NCBI GenBank assembly: GCA_033442325.1
Contig: JAWQFM010000001.1
Span: forward strand, 2,440,973-2,504,972
Reading direction: 5' to 3'
DNA: 64,000 nt
Source of the DNA: Salpingoeca rosetta
Taxonomy: Eukaryota > Protista > Choanoflagellata
Shown: piece after piece, positions 41,044 to 58,327 of the stretch
Position numbering within the stretch: position 1 is the stretch's first letter
Layout: each line of letters opens with the position of its first letter
The notes under the pieces: model-generated
What the model saw: the letters and a program-made list of their open reading frames with translations, nothing else
Database searches by the model: none
Told to the model about the DNA's origin: nothing
Position numbers and translations under genes: made by a program

Positions 41044-42572
41044 TTACTCCAGCTCTTGCATAGTGTGCACAAAGATTGTGTCATGCCATGCTTCCGGTGG
41101 TGCCTGCGCAACAGTCACGCACGTCGCACAACCGCACGCCATAGATGGCAGGTCGCACCACGCCATGTAGGCGTCTTTCTGTGAGTTGTTGATGTTCGAC
41201 ATCAAAGAAGGAAAAAGCGGAGGGAGGCAGGAAGGTGTACAGGTACCACGAAGTCGCATGCGCACTTCACATACGAGCACACAGACACAGACACAGACAC
41301 ACGCAGACACACAGACACAGACACACACGGACACACGGACACACACGCACACGCACAACATAACACATACACGTACACACACACCACACCACACCACACC
41401 ACACCACACCACACACCTGGAGGTTAAAGGCAATGGCCACGCGGGGCTCTTTGCCTGCGGTGGGCAAGACAGTGTGCGGCATCCAGCCAGGGAACAGCAC
41501 AAGATCGCCGGCAACAGGTGCCATATAATGTGCGCGCTCAAAGGGGAACTTGGGGAACCCGCGCGGGTCCGGGAACTTGAGCTCGCCAGAGAGAGCAGGC
41601 GTGCGAACGTAGTACACGCCGCTCACCGCGCTGCCAAAGTGGACGTGCGCTTGGTGGTCGATGCCCCACTTGCTCACCGTCGCCCAGTACGCGTACGAAT
41701 TCCCGCTTTCGATGCAAATATGGTGCGCAAGCGTGAGTGGTGGCGAGCGGTGCACATGGGCGCACGTGACGAAGAACACACAAGGCAGCACATCGAACAG
41801 CAGGCACAGTTGCAGGCACACGACCATGCAGAGGCAGATGTACACATGTGGCCATGCACAGGCAGATGTAGCAGATGTACACATGCGGGCACAGTCACAC
41901 TCCCACAAGCGGATGCCAGTTCGCACACACACACACACACACACATGCACACACACACACACATGCACACACACACAACACACAAGTGCACGAACAAGAT
42001 ATGTACCCGCTTGGGTTGATGTAGGAAGGAAAGGCGAGCTTGTCGGGCTCATCGCCAGGCAGGTTGCCGATGAACTTGGCCACGTTAATGTCCCAGAACG
42101 ATTTGAGGATGTTCATCTCTCGCAGCCCTTCCAGCATGTTGAATTGCCGTTCGTAAAACCCGTTGTTCACCTCGTTGTCTGCAACACACGCAAACACATG
42201 AACGTGAGCATCGTCGTCAAGTCATGTCAATGTGATGTGGCGTGTCATGTCACATGCTGTTGGTGGATGTCGTTTGAACCCACAGCATAGATGCGACTGT
42301 GCCTCACAGCTTGTTGACTCACAGGTGCGACGGTCCATGTTGACGTTCTTGGCCAGGTCCAACGAGTCAACGTAGGTGTTCCACCGATCCACAATGACAT
42401 CCGCCAGGGCCTGGTTGATGTGCTGTGACATGCCACAACGGCAGCAAAACAAGTAGCGACTCACATCAGCCAAACAAGTACCGCCACAGAGAGCGCGAGA
42501 GAACGAGAGTAGGCGGGCGAGCTCGAGGAAAAGAGAGCAGGAGAACCGGAGAACGGGAAGGCAGGAGAGCAA

Positions 42573-42641
<69 letters not shown>

Positions 42642-43049
42642 GCACACAGGCACTCAGTCACACACACACACATACACACACACACATGTGCATACGTTGA
42701 CGACGTCTGGGTCCGTGTACTTGTGAATGTTGGTGCGATAGATGGGGGTAGCAAAGTGCAAGTGTAGCTGTGCCTTGCCCGTCATGTTGGCCCACCAAGG
42801 GGTAGCGTTCCTGGCAGCATCGGCTGCTTCAATCGCATCCCCAACCTGCAAGAACACATTTGTGTCCCGTACACTGGGCTTGCTACCAGAGCAACTGTCT
42901 GACGCGTCACTGCACTGTTCCACGCCAGTCTCTCCAGCGCTTGCGTGCGCAATTGGAAACTGAGCAGTGCCAGCAACAACCGCCACCAGCGCCACAGCAG
43001 CCCAAGCCATGCACGCCAGAGGCAGCCCACGACACGGCCGTGTCGTCAT
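41044..43049 (-). CDS. Putative 2OG-Fe(II) oxygenase, TIGR02466 / 2OG-FeII_Oxy_5-like, with signal peptide; 3' exon boundary uncertain
   Basis: LHFATPIY, WATV......HQAHVH...AVSGVYYV, LKFPDPR, GDLVLFPGWMPHTVLP and RVAIAFN. N-terminal hydrophobic segment AWAAVALVAVVAG. Confidence 0.8.
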
Positions 43050-43334
43050 GTCAGCGCTGGTTGTGTTTTGTGGGTATGAAGGAGGTGGCGGTTGAGAGCT
43101 TGTGCACAGCGAAAATGCGGCCCATCTTGTGGTGTGGCGTTGTGATGACTCTCTCAACCCCCCCCCAACCTCTTCAACCGCTTCAACCGCAAGTTCTTCT
43201 TGACAGCGTGAGTCTTGCTGATGGCTACCATGCACTGTGTACTTTGGTGGTTAGTTGTATTGCAGACCAAAAGCAGCCATGGTGAGCGCAAGTGAGTCAA
43301 GTGAAAACGGGATCAACGCTTGCTTGGTGGGCGT

Positions 43335-44668
43335 TTACTCCTCCTCCTGCTGCATCGTGTTGGCAATCTGTGTTGCAAGACGATCCAGGTCCTTCTGTCC
43401 AACAGGTGTGATCACACGGCCACTACACAAGAAGCGCAAGAAACACGCATGTAGCAGAAAGTGAGCCAGGAAGTGGGGGATGTGAGGAAATGTGGGGTGC
43501 AAACACAGGCGTTCCCATGCAAACAACAAGTGCACACCAGCGACAACAGAAAGCACACACTACGGGGAATCACGACATACCAACAACGACAACACACACG
43601 CAAAGGAAGGGCGGGTTATGTGTGTGCAAATCAGACTTACCCAGACTCGAGCTCAGCGAGAACCCTGACGCTCTCGAGGGCCTGAACGCACTTGCGGGCA
43701 ACGGAGCCAGAGCCGCGCTTGAAGTGGTTAGGGCCTAACAGCGAACGGTACCAAAAAAAAAAAAAGTCAAACAACGTGTGAGCGCGTGCGCAGCATGTTC
43801 TCGGTCGCAATGGCAGGCGGCTGTGCAAAGCGTGGCTGTGCAAACCGTTGTTGCAACAGCAGCGAACAATGGGCACAACATCCACCCTGACATACACACA
43901 CGCACCACCAATGTCCGCACCAACCAAACATGACACAACCCCCCCCCACACACACACGTGCAACGCAACAAAGAAAGAGCAACTTACGAGTACCACGACG
44001 AGCAGAACCACCGTACACCTTCCTCAGAGCACCAATGCCAACACCACCACGGATGTAGATGTGACGGGCAATGGAGGCTGTTGTGTGTGTGTGTGTGCGT
44101 GAAATGAGTGAGCGTTTGGAGGGAGAGGGAGGGGGAGAGAGAGGACAGCAGTCAGGAGAGCACTGCAAGCGAAACAGGCAGATGGGAACGTTGGTCCCAG
44201 CCACGCTCCACCGCCACAAACGGAAAAAAAAACCAACAACGTGGCAAATAAGGAAAGCATACCGCAGCGAACGTAGAACCAGTCCTCATCATAGGGAGCG
44301 AGCTCCTTGAAGGGGGCGGTCTTGACGTAGTCTGCCCACGCTGGGGGCTTGATCTGTGTGCATCCGAAGAATGGGAAGGTCGGCACACAACAACGAGGCG
44401 CTCACAGTCAGTACTCGAACAGCACGCACCACATCATCACAATGTATTGGACACAGGCACCACATGTAACACATGTAACAGCGAGCCATGCGTGCAAGCC
44501 AGAAGAAACGCAGCACATGCACGCCCCGACACATACACAAGTGGCAAAGCAACCAACACACACAAGCAAGAACACACACACGCACACCTTGCCCTGCCGC
44601 TTCAGGAGCGCGGCATACGCGTGGATGAGCTTGTCGGCGGGGACGTCCTTCACGGTGGCGCTAGGCAT
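43335..44668 (-). CDS. RPS19: 40S ribosomal protein S19 (eS19), 5 coding exons plus a non-coding 5' exon
   Basis: [55 protein letters not shown] and [16 protein letters not shown]. Confidence 0.97.
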
Positions 44669-45221
44669 CTGTGGGGGGGGGGAAGAGGAAGACGGCAAGG
44701 AAGCAAGACGCAAGGGAGGGTCGGGTCAGTCAACGCAGAGTGCCAAGTGACAAGGAAACAACAGAGCCGAGGAAGAGAAGAGAAAGAGAAGAAAGAGGGA
44801 ACGACGTTCAAGCTAAGACTGCTGCTGCATCACTCGGACGCACAGCGTCTTTCCTCTCGTTCAACTGGACTGTGGATGCTCTGGCACGTCGCTTGCTCCA
44901 CTCACCCCCCCTCTCTATCTCTCCCTCCCTCTCTATTGCGGTCAAGTCGGCAGACGTGCTGGTCGTCGAGGGTTCATCATCGCTGCAACTACACTGCGTC
45001 GTGTGTGTCTGGTAGTGTGTGCGCCTGCGTCGCCCACAACACACACGCCCACACGCACACAATGGCCGGCAGTACTGCTTCCGTGCACCCTGAGTGCACT
45101 GAGGGGGTTGTCTCTGTTCTCCCCCCTCCTCCATCATCATCGCACATGCACCACTCCTCAGCAGCCACCTGCCACCAGGCACGCACGCACGCATGATCCA
45201 CCTCTGCTTCTCGTGTCTCAC

Positions 45222-45270
45222 CTTTGGTGGTGGTGGTGTTCACGCGAGAGGCAAGACGAGAGGGAAAAGG
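45222..45270 (-). promoter_or_regulatory. Putative non-coding first exon of RPS19 starting with a 5'TOP/TCT-like pyrimidine tract
   Basis: Minus strand reads CCTTTTCCCTCTCGTCTTGCCTCTC...CCAAAG|GTGAGA. The intron 45221-44669 ends CACAG immediately before the ATG. Confidence 0.55.
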
Positions 45271-45448
45271 CACTCTGGTCGGAAAGCACGCGCTTTGCGA
45301 TTGTCGGAAAACACTCAAGAAGACAATTTGCCGTATCTTCAAACAAAAACAGTCGCTGGTTGTGCATTTTCATAGTGTCGCATACCGCTGCTCAATTCGT
45401 CTGCTAGAGCGTTCGCGAGGACCAAGGACTCACATCACGTCAACCAAC

Positions 45449-50256
<4,808 letters not shown>

Positions 50257-50365
50257 ACGCGTGTGGTTGCATTCCTATGGTTGCATGGCCATGGTTGTAT
50301 GTGTGCGCACTTTTGTGCTCCCTGTGCTCCGGTACTGTGCACGCGCGTATGTTGGTGTTGGTGTT

Positions 50366-50407
<42 letters not shown>

Positions 50408-50788
50408 TCCTACTTGTAGCTGACGCTCACTGGACAGCGAGTGGGTGGCTTGTGTCTTGTATGGTCGCGATGAGTTGGTATGAATGTATGTAAAACAAAC
50501 CCATAAACTCCCAAATCACAGCAGCAGAGAGAGCGCAAGGAGAGCGAACTCAGACATGAGTTGACGAGCGGAGGGAGGCGTCGTACCGTCGCACCAACAC
50601 AACAACAGCAACAACAACGACGACGGACGGATCAAAGCTGCTCTTTGTCTATGATAGTTAGTGGATAACGTACGCCAATTTTCAGCGACCTTTTGCGTCA
50701 TCTCCCGCCCGCCTGCAGAAGGAGGAAAAGAGAAAGGAGAGGTGGCACGGCACGCACAACCACAGACCGGAAAAGGAAGGCAGCCATC

Positions 50789-52629
50789 ATGTCGTTGGCG
50801 GACGAGCTTGGATATGATGATGTGTTTGAGATCCACGTGGAGCGTGGGACTCAAGGGTTTGGCTTCAACATCAAAGGGACAACACAGGCCGGTGGTGTCC
50901 TTCAAGCCATCAACGGTCGCCTGTACCCGCCTTTGCAATACATCAGCCACGTTGACGAAGGTGTGTTTGTGCGTGTGTTTGTGTGTGTACACGTGTGTGC
51001 ATGTGTGTGTGCATGTGTGTGTGCATGTGTGTACACGTGTGTGTGTACATGCGTGTGTGCGTGTGTACGTGCGTGTGTACGTGCGTGTGTATTTTGGTTG
51101 GGTTGGCCTCTTGTGGTCCACGTGCCGGTGTCGTTACACGCGATTGAGCACGACAGAGCCTCCACACTGGCCAGTTGGGTCCAAGGGCAAGGGTGAACCG
51201 ATCCTCGCACTCATTGTGATACTGGCACATGCGCACATACTGGGCTCTCACCACTCTCGTTCCCAAATACCCACTGATATTCACACACTCACTCGAACAC
51301 TCGAACACACACACACACACGCACACGCAAACACACACATATGACACGACACGCTGCAACTCCATGCCACAATGAAATCTGTCTACTTGTTGTCACTCTC
51401 CATGTAATTCTGATGACGGTGTTTTGAACAGGTGGTGCCGCATGGCGAGCTGGTCTGCGTTGCTGGGACCGTGTGCTGAGCGTCAACAACACTGACGTGC
51501 GCGGCGCATCCCACAACGAGGTTGTCAAGAACATCATCAGGGGCGGCGAATCGCTGGACCTCATTGTGATTCGTGTGGACGACGAGGAAGCTGCGCGTCT
51601 GCAGCGCTTGGAGGATGCCGCCAACAGCACCCGCAAGGGCCGGGGCAAGTCTGCCCCCATCTCCATCCAGGACTTCAACAACCTGCCCAACCCTGCCGGC
51701 AAGGGCAACTACACCGTGTTCAACGTCTACACGCACGGCGACTACCGCACGTCCAAGCGCTACAGTGAGCTTGCCAACTTGCACAAGCAACTCAAGGCTC
51801 GTTTCCGCTGGCACAACTTCCCACCTTTCCCACCAAAGAAGATGAATGGCCTCTTCTCCGGCGCACTCGGCGTACGTCACATTGGCTGCTGTGTGTGTAT
51901 GTGTATGTATGTGTGTGCGTGTGTATCTCTCTCTCTCTCTGTGTAAAGGTAGTGGCAGGTGAGAGTTTTAAATGTGCATGTATGCAATGCGCGTGGTATA
52001 CACACGCATGCAAAGCGTTGACATTTGACGTTTTGAGAAGGAAGATGGCTCAGGTTTGTTTGTTCGCTACACAACCACGCGCTTGTCTCACCTCGTATTC
52101 ATTCATCCATGAGTGCTTCCCTCCATCCGCCTGTCCATCCCTCCATCCATCCCATGCAGCCGTCTGACCTTGAGCAACGCCGCGAAGCCCTGCAAATCTA
52201 TCTGCAGAAAGGTACGACATCACAACCCCTCAACCATCTGTGTTGCAGCCAACGAACAACCCCGCACGCACACGTGTGCCTGGACTTGTCCACATGATCT
52301 GTCCTTCTTGTTTGCTTCACGATGCAGCTCATGTAACTGCCACCCACCTGATCGGTGTCTCACTTCCCGAACAAACGAACAAACCACCAAACAAACAACA
52401 CATCCATGCACCTTGGCGCCAAACCGTGCGCTGTCCGCGTCAGTGTATGAGGTGGAGGATATTCGCAACAGCGAGCTGTTTGCTGAGTTTCTCAAGCCCT
52501 CAGACTACAGACCGCCAAACGCGCCCACCCCGTCCCCGCCATCGTCAGTTGTGTCTTTCTGTGTGTATCTGTGTCTGTGTGTGTCTGTCTGTCTGTGTCT
52601 CTGTGTCTCTGTGTGTGAACGCACGCACG

Positions 52630-52705
<76 letters not shown>

Positions 52706-53155
52706 CTCCCCTCAAGTGTGTTTTGCGCCTGACTTGTTTGCGCCTGAAGTGTCCTCACACACCCTCCCCCCCCCCCCGCTCCCACCAGGTCTAGTGCCGT
52801 GAGCTCGTCCAATCTGAATGCGCGGCGGGCAACGGCGACCAGCAGCGGCAGCAGTGCAGCAGCGAAGACTGCCACCAAGCAGCGCACGGACGAGGCACAG
52901 AAGCAGCCGCAGCAGCAAGAGAAAGCGAAGAAGCAAGACGTGAAGAAGACAGAGGAAGCAAAGAGAGGTGCGCCTGCATCATCCACATCCACGCCGAAGG
53001 ACGCCCTCTCAACCCCGTCATCGGCAAAGGTGGGGATTAAGGCAGTGGACTTGGAAGGGTTGCAGCGGTAGCTGTCGACATTGTTGTTGGCAGTGGTGGT
53101 GGTGATGGTGGTGGTGGTGGTCGTTGATTGTTGCTATCACTGGGACCTCTCGCCG

Positions 53156-53217
<62 letters not shown>

Positions 53218-53676
53218 GCACACACACACACACATATGCACGCTCTCTCACACACTCTCTCACTCGCACACGTGCTGTGGCTGCTGTTGGCATGCGCAGA
53301 AGAAGGCAGTGCCAGCAAACCTGGTAAGTGCGAACTTTGTTTCATCCCTTTGTGCTTACGTACACGTGCTTGCATGCAACGCTGGCGCTGGCATTGTGAC
53401 TTGTTTCATTGAGCGTGTGTCCTGACTGTGTGCGCTTGCGTGCGTGCGTGTGTGTATGTATGTGTTTGCAGTTTGACTTTGACGACGAGGAGCCCGAGGC
53501 CGTGAAGGAACTGTCTGATGACGACGAACAGGAAGCAGAAGAGGAAGCAGAACAAGCGCAGGAGGAAGAACAGGAGCAAGAAGAGGAAGAGGAGGAACAG
53601 GAAGAACCAGCGGCTGTTGAAGAGGAAGAGGAAGAGGAGGACGCTGCAGTGCAGGAGACAAGGTCAGATTCATGAA

Positions 53677-53741
<65 letters not shown>

Positions 53742-54389
53742 TCCCGCATGTATGTGTGTGTGCTGGTGTTTCGCATATCGTTTCCCTCACCAACTACGTC
53801 CCCCCCAACCCAACTCCAACACTGGTCCATGTGACAGCTTTGCGGTGCTTGTGCCAACAGGTGATGTTGTGCGCGTGTCGCTCAGCAGCGACGCAACCGT
53901 CGCAGACGTCCTCCAGGTGAATTGGGGCTGTGCCATCGTGTATGCGCGCATGCGTGTGGGTGTGGGTGCACGCGCGTCCTTGTGTATGTATACCTACGTG
54001 CGTACGCGTGTACAAGAGCTCGTGTGTGTGTGCATGGTCGCTTACACTTTGAGCTTTCCTTCGTACCCGAGCGACTGCGCATGCTTGCTTCATCCGTCAC
54101 CTGCGCTGCAGCCGTGCAGCACCCTCGCCTCACCATCCGCCCAATCTATTCTCGTTGATGCATGCTTGCCTGTGTGCCAGGCTGCCCTTGACAAGCTTGG
54201 TGTCGAAGGCTTTGCCCGCAACATCTTTGCGCTGTTTGAGTCCACAACAGACACACCGTCCACAGATCCCCTCGACCACGAGTTTGGTGCGTTACTGTTG
54301 CTATCGCGGCTGACTGCGTCCGAATTTATGTATCAACATGCATCCGTTCGTCTTCAGTGCCACATTCCCACGCACGCACGCACACACGA

Positions 54390-54420
<31 letters not shown>

Positions 54421-55279
54421 CTCTCTCTCTCTCCCCCTCACACACTCACACATGCACACAAAACACACACACACTCTCTCTCTCCCTCACACACTCACAC
54501 GCTCACATATGCACGCGCAGACCACAAGCTTGATGACGACGAGCTGGCGGCGTCTGTATCGAAGCAGCTGCTCCTGCGGCGATGGCTGTTCACGACATCA
54601 CAAGAGCCCGCTGCGGACACGTGCTCTGCTGCTGTGTCGCTGCTTGTGCACCAGGCGATCAACGACATCAAGCAGGGACGCCTGTACTGCACCCCGAAGA
54701 AGAAGCAGAAGCTGCTTGATTCTGCAAAGGACCTCGACACAGACAAGGTGCGTTTCCTCGTCGATGCACATGATGACGAATGGTGACGCGTGTTGTGCAT
54801 GCTGGAAGCTCTCTACTTCACAACGCTGAAACGCTCTTTCGAATTCACCCCCCCCCCCACGCCTGCACTGCTGTCCTTCATCGCAGTATCCCGCCTTCCT
54901 TGGTGTTGTGCGCAAGCTGAAGATGTATGGCGGTGTGCTCTTGCCGCCCTGCACCGACGATGACGCCAACGTGAGCACCCGTGGTGATGGTGGTGCTGGT
55001 GGTGGCGTGATGTCTTGGGTGATTGATGAGAAACACACGCGAGCGAGAGGAAGGAGGGAGGGAAGTTGTGCTGTGTATGACCGCATTACTCGCTTAATTG
55101 CGTGAAGCCGTAAAACGCATCTGCCTGTGCCCGCTACATTCCACTCACCTGTACCACCTGCGCCCTTGCTCATACGGCGCTGCGTTCGCTGCATGTGCAG
55201 TCCATCATCGTCACCGTCACCGCCGATCGCCTCATCCTGCAGAAGACCGACGACGACGGCAACCCATCGGTGAGCAATT

Positions 55280-55360
<81 letters not shown>

Positions 55361-55888
55361 CGTGGATGTGTGTGCGTGTGCGTGGATGTGTGTGCGTGTG
55401 TGTGAAGGTGTGTGCGTGTGTGTGGATGTGTGTGCGTGTGTGTGGATGTGTGGATGTGGATGTGTGTGTGTGTGTGTTTTGACAGCAACGAACGCTCTCG
55501 CCTCCCTTTCCTGCATCTCACAAACCACATCGTTTCCCGCTCTTGTTGCCGCTCCAGACGGATGATGAGGACGTGTCTGTGTTTGAGTTTGAGCAGCTGA
55601 GCAAAGTCCGCAGGTGCGTCATGCATACGTGTTTGCGTGAACTGCACGCACACTTTGCAAACCACGACTTTGCGCCACTCTGTTGTGCCCTCTCTCCTCA
55701 CCCAACCCCCACCCGTGTGCTTGTTCACGTCACCATCACTACCATCCACCATGCACCACATACCTTGCACCGTGCACCCTCACGTCTATGCAGGCGCGAT
55801 GATCTGCTCGGCTTCAAGGCGACCGGCGCTGACGGCGAACAGCAGACGGTCAAGCTCACCAGCGAACACGTGAGTATGCAACTGCAAC

Positions 55889-55969
<81 letters not shown>

Positions 55970-56126
55970 CACACAGCACACAGCACACAGCACACACACA
56001 CACACACACAACCTCACGTGCGCGTGTTTGTGCACGCAGGCGGCGTACATGGAGACGTGCATCAAGCGCGCGTTTATGGAGCAGAAGTGGGCCGATGGCT
56101 CCGCTGAGGGCGGCTTCTTCCAGTAG
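50789..56126 (+). CDS. SNX27: Sorting nexin 27 (PDZ-PX-FERM-like), about 15 exons
   Basis: [11 protein letters not shown]....[20 protein letters not shown] (SNX27-specific insert). [33 protein letters not shown]-like [13 protein letters not shown] and AYMETCIKR. Confidence 0.92.
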
Positions 56127-56285
56127 TCAATGGACGATGAATTGCACTCAATGATGAATTGCACCTCCATTCTGCTTCTCTGATGCTTCCACACGCCGCA
56201 TGCTGTTGTGTTGATAGCCTGCACACTGCTTGCTCTGCACCTGATTGTCTTCCCTCCCCGCCTCACGTCTGCATCACTGTACTGT

Positions 56286-56322
<37 letters not shown>

Positions 56323-56660
56323 GGTCTGCTTGCGTTTTCAGTGACCCACTTTTGTGTTTCGTGCTTCTCTTTCTGTCGTGGTTGCTGTGGCTTTTTCTTG
56401 CTTCGCCCAGTTTGTCTTGGTTTTGCTCGCTGCGTTGGGTTTCAGCTGCTTTTCGTCTTGCTGGTGCGTTACTTGCATCTCGTCTTGTTCCTGGCGTGTT
56501 GTGCGTGTGCTCTGTACGCGTGCGCGCACCGAAACCAGGCATGTTGTGCCATCAACGTATACTTCTTTTCTGTCTAACAGAACGAGCAACCCGCACAAGC
56601 AAGGAACAATGCGGCGAAGGGTAGATGGTAACGAGCAGGTACCCCCACAAAAGATCACGT

Positions 56661-56761
<101 letters not shown>

Positions 56762-56778
56762 TGCAGTGTATTATTTGC

Positions 56779-57760
56779 TTAGAACATGGGCACAGTTGCT
56801 TTGAAGCGGTCCAAGCCCGAGGCCACTTGCTGCGCCTCCTGAATCGCAGACTTTCGTGCAAGTCTACAGTCACGTCAAGTCAATCCATCACATGAATATG
56901 AGCACGCACTCAAGCAAGGGAGGGGAGAAAGAACAGGTCAGTGAAATGAAACAAAAGTATGAGGACCCCAAACTGCGCGTATAGCTCTGTGCCTCGGAAA
57001 AGGGCAAACGCATGAGATTGTTCTGCCATCCTTGTGACCAGCAAAGTGTGCACTGCAAACGCACACGACCTTACCTGATTTCGGGCTTGCCATCGGAGTC
57101 AATCTGATCCAACTGCAGCATTTCCCTTGTGATGTATTCGTTCAGCTCGAGATACTTGCGTTGTACCTGCTGCTTTGGCATTTGCCGCCAGTTTTGTGTC
57201 AATGCTGCCAAGTCTGTGTTCAGCTGACGAATCTGCTGTCGGTGCTGTTCGATCTTCTCCATTTGGTGAGGAATCGCAGGTGCTGCTGCCTGTGCAATCC
57301 ATCGAGGCATTCGGGCGTATCGGTTTGTCGGCGTGTGCGTGTGTGCGCGCGAGCGTGCGTATGCGTCAGCGTGCGTGTGTGTACAGGTGTGAGGATCGTG
57401 CAAACCCACATGATATGCAGCCACATGCACAACCACAAACACAACCACAACCACAACCACAATCACAACCACAACCACAGCCACAACCACAGCCACAACC
57501 ACAAACACAAACACAACCACAGCCACAGCCACAGCCACAACCACAACCACAACCACAACCACAACCACAAACGTCCAAACCTGTGGCGGCGCATGTTGAG
57601 CTGGGGTGGGTGGGTTCCATGAGGTTGTTTTGGTGTTGTGGTCGACGTAGAAAGTGCGCCTGGTGTTGGGATCATACCTGGCCTCCCACCCAGGCGGCAG
57701 CTGCGGCTGCGACTGCTGCTGCGAGTGTGGTTGGTGTGGCTGTTGAGGAAAGAAGGGCAT
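56779..57760 (-). CDS. WW + BAG domain co-chaperone (BAG3-like), 159 aa, 3 exons
   Basis: Exons 57760-57581, 57289-57075, 56863-56779. WW: [34 protein letters not shown]: [27 protein letters not shown]|[11 protein letters not shown]. Confidence 0.88.
57428..57570 (+). repeat. (CACAAC/CACAGC)n hexanucleotide repeat in the WW-BAG gene intron 1
   Basis: Direct reading. Confidence 0.9.
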
Positions 57761-57868
57761 GGTGGTGTGCTGGGTTGCCGAAGTGTGGTGGTGGTTGTCC
57801 TCTCCGAAACCGTGGTCTTGGCGGAAAATCGGTCAAAATACCAACAAATATTCGCTGTGTGTGTGTGT

Positions 57869-57974
<106 letters not shown>

Positions 57975-58327
57975 CATCCTGACCCTCGACGCTTGTGTTG
58001 CCCTCTCCTCAGCACACTGAATCGTTTACTAAGGTGTAGGCCGCCACACCTTCAATGGCTAAGTAGGGGAAGAGAGAGAGAGAGAGAGATCAGCCAACAT
58101 AACCGACAAAAGCATCAACTACGCACTGTAGGTCAAATATTCCACCAACTACGAATAAAGCAACGCTAACCCTTCCATGACATGCAATTCCAGGGTATCA
58201 CACACAACTACACGCAACTACACCACAAAAGACACACACACAAGTGCACAACGACAAAGAAGCACTAGCGGACACACCACAGATACTCGCATACACCATT
58301 TACACCAGCACACCGAGAGCAGCGGGC

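Noticed and set aside
44408-44440. Possible C/D snoRNA in an RPS19 intron (minus strand GTGATGA...CTGA)
   Set aside because: Boxes are only ~23 nt apart, with no clear terminal stem and no rRNA guide I could verify; would need snoscan/Rfam.
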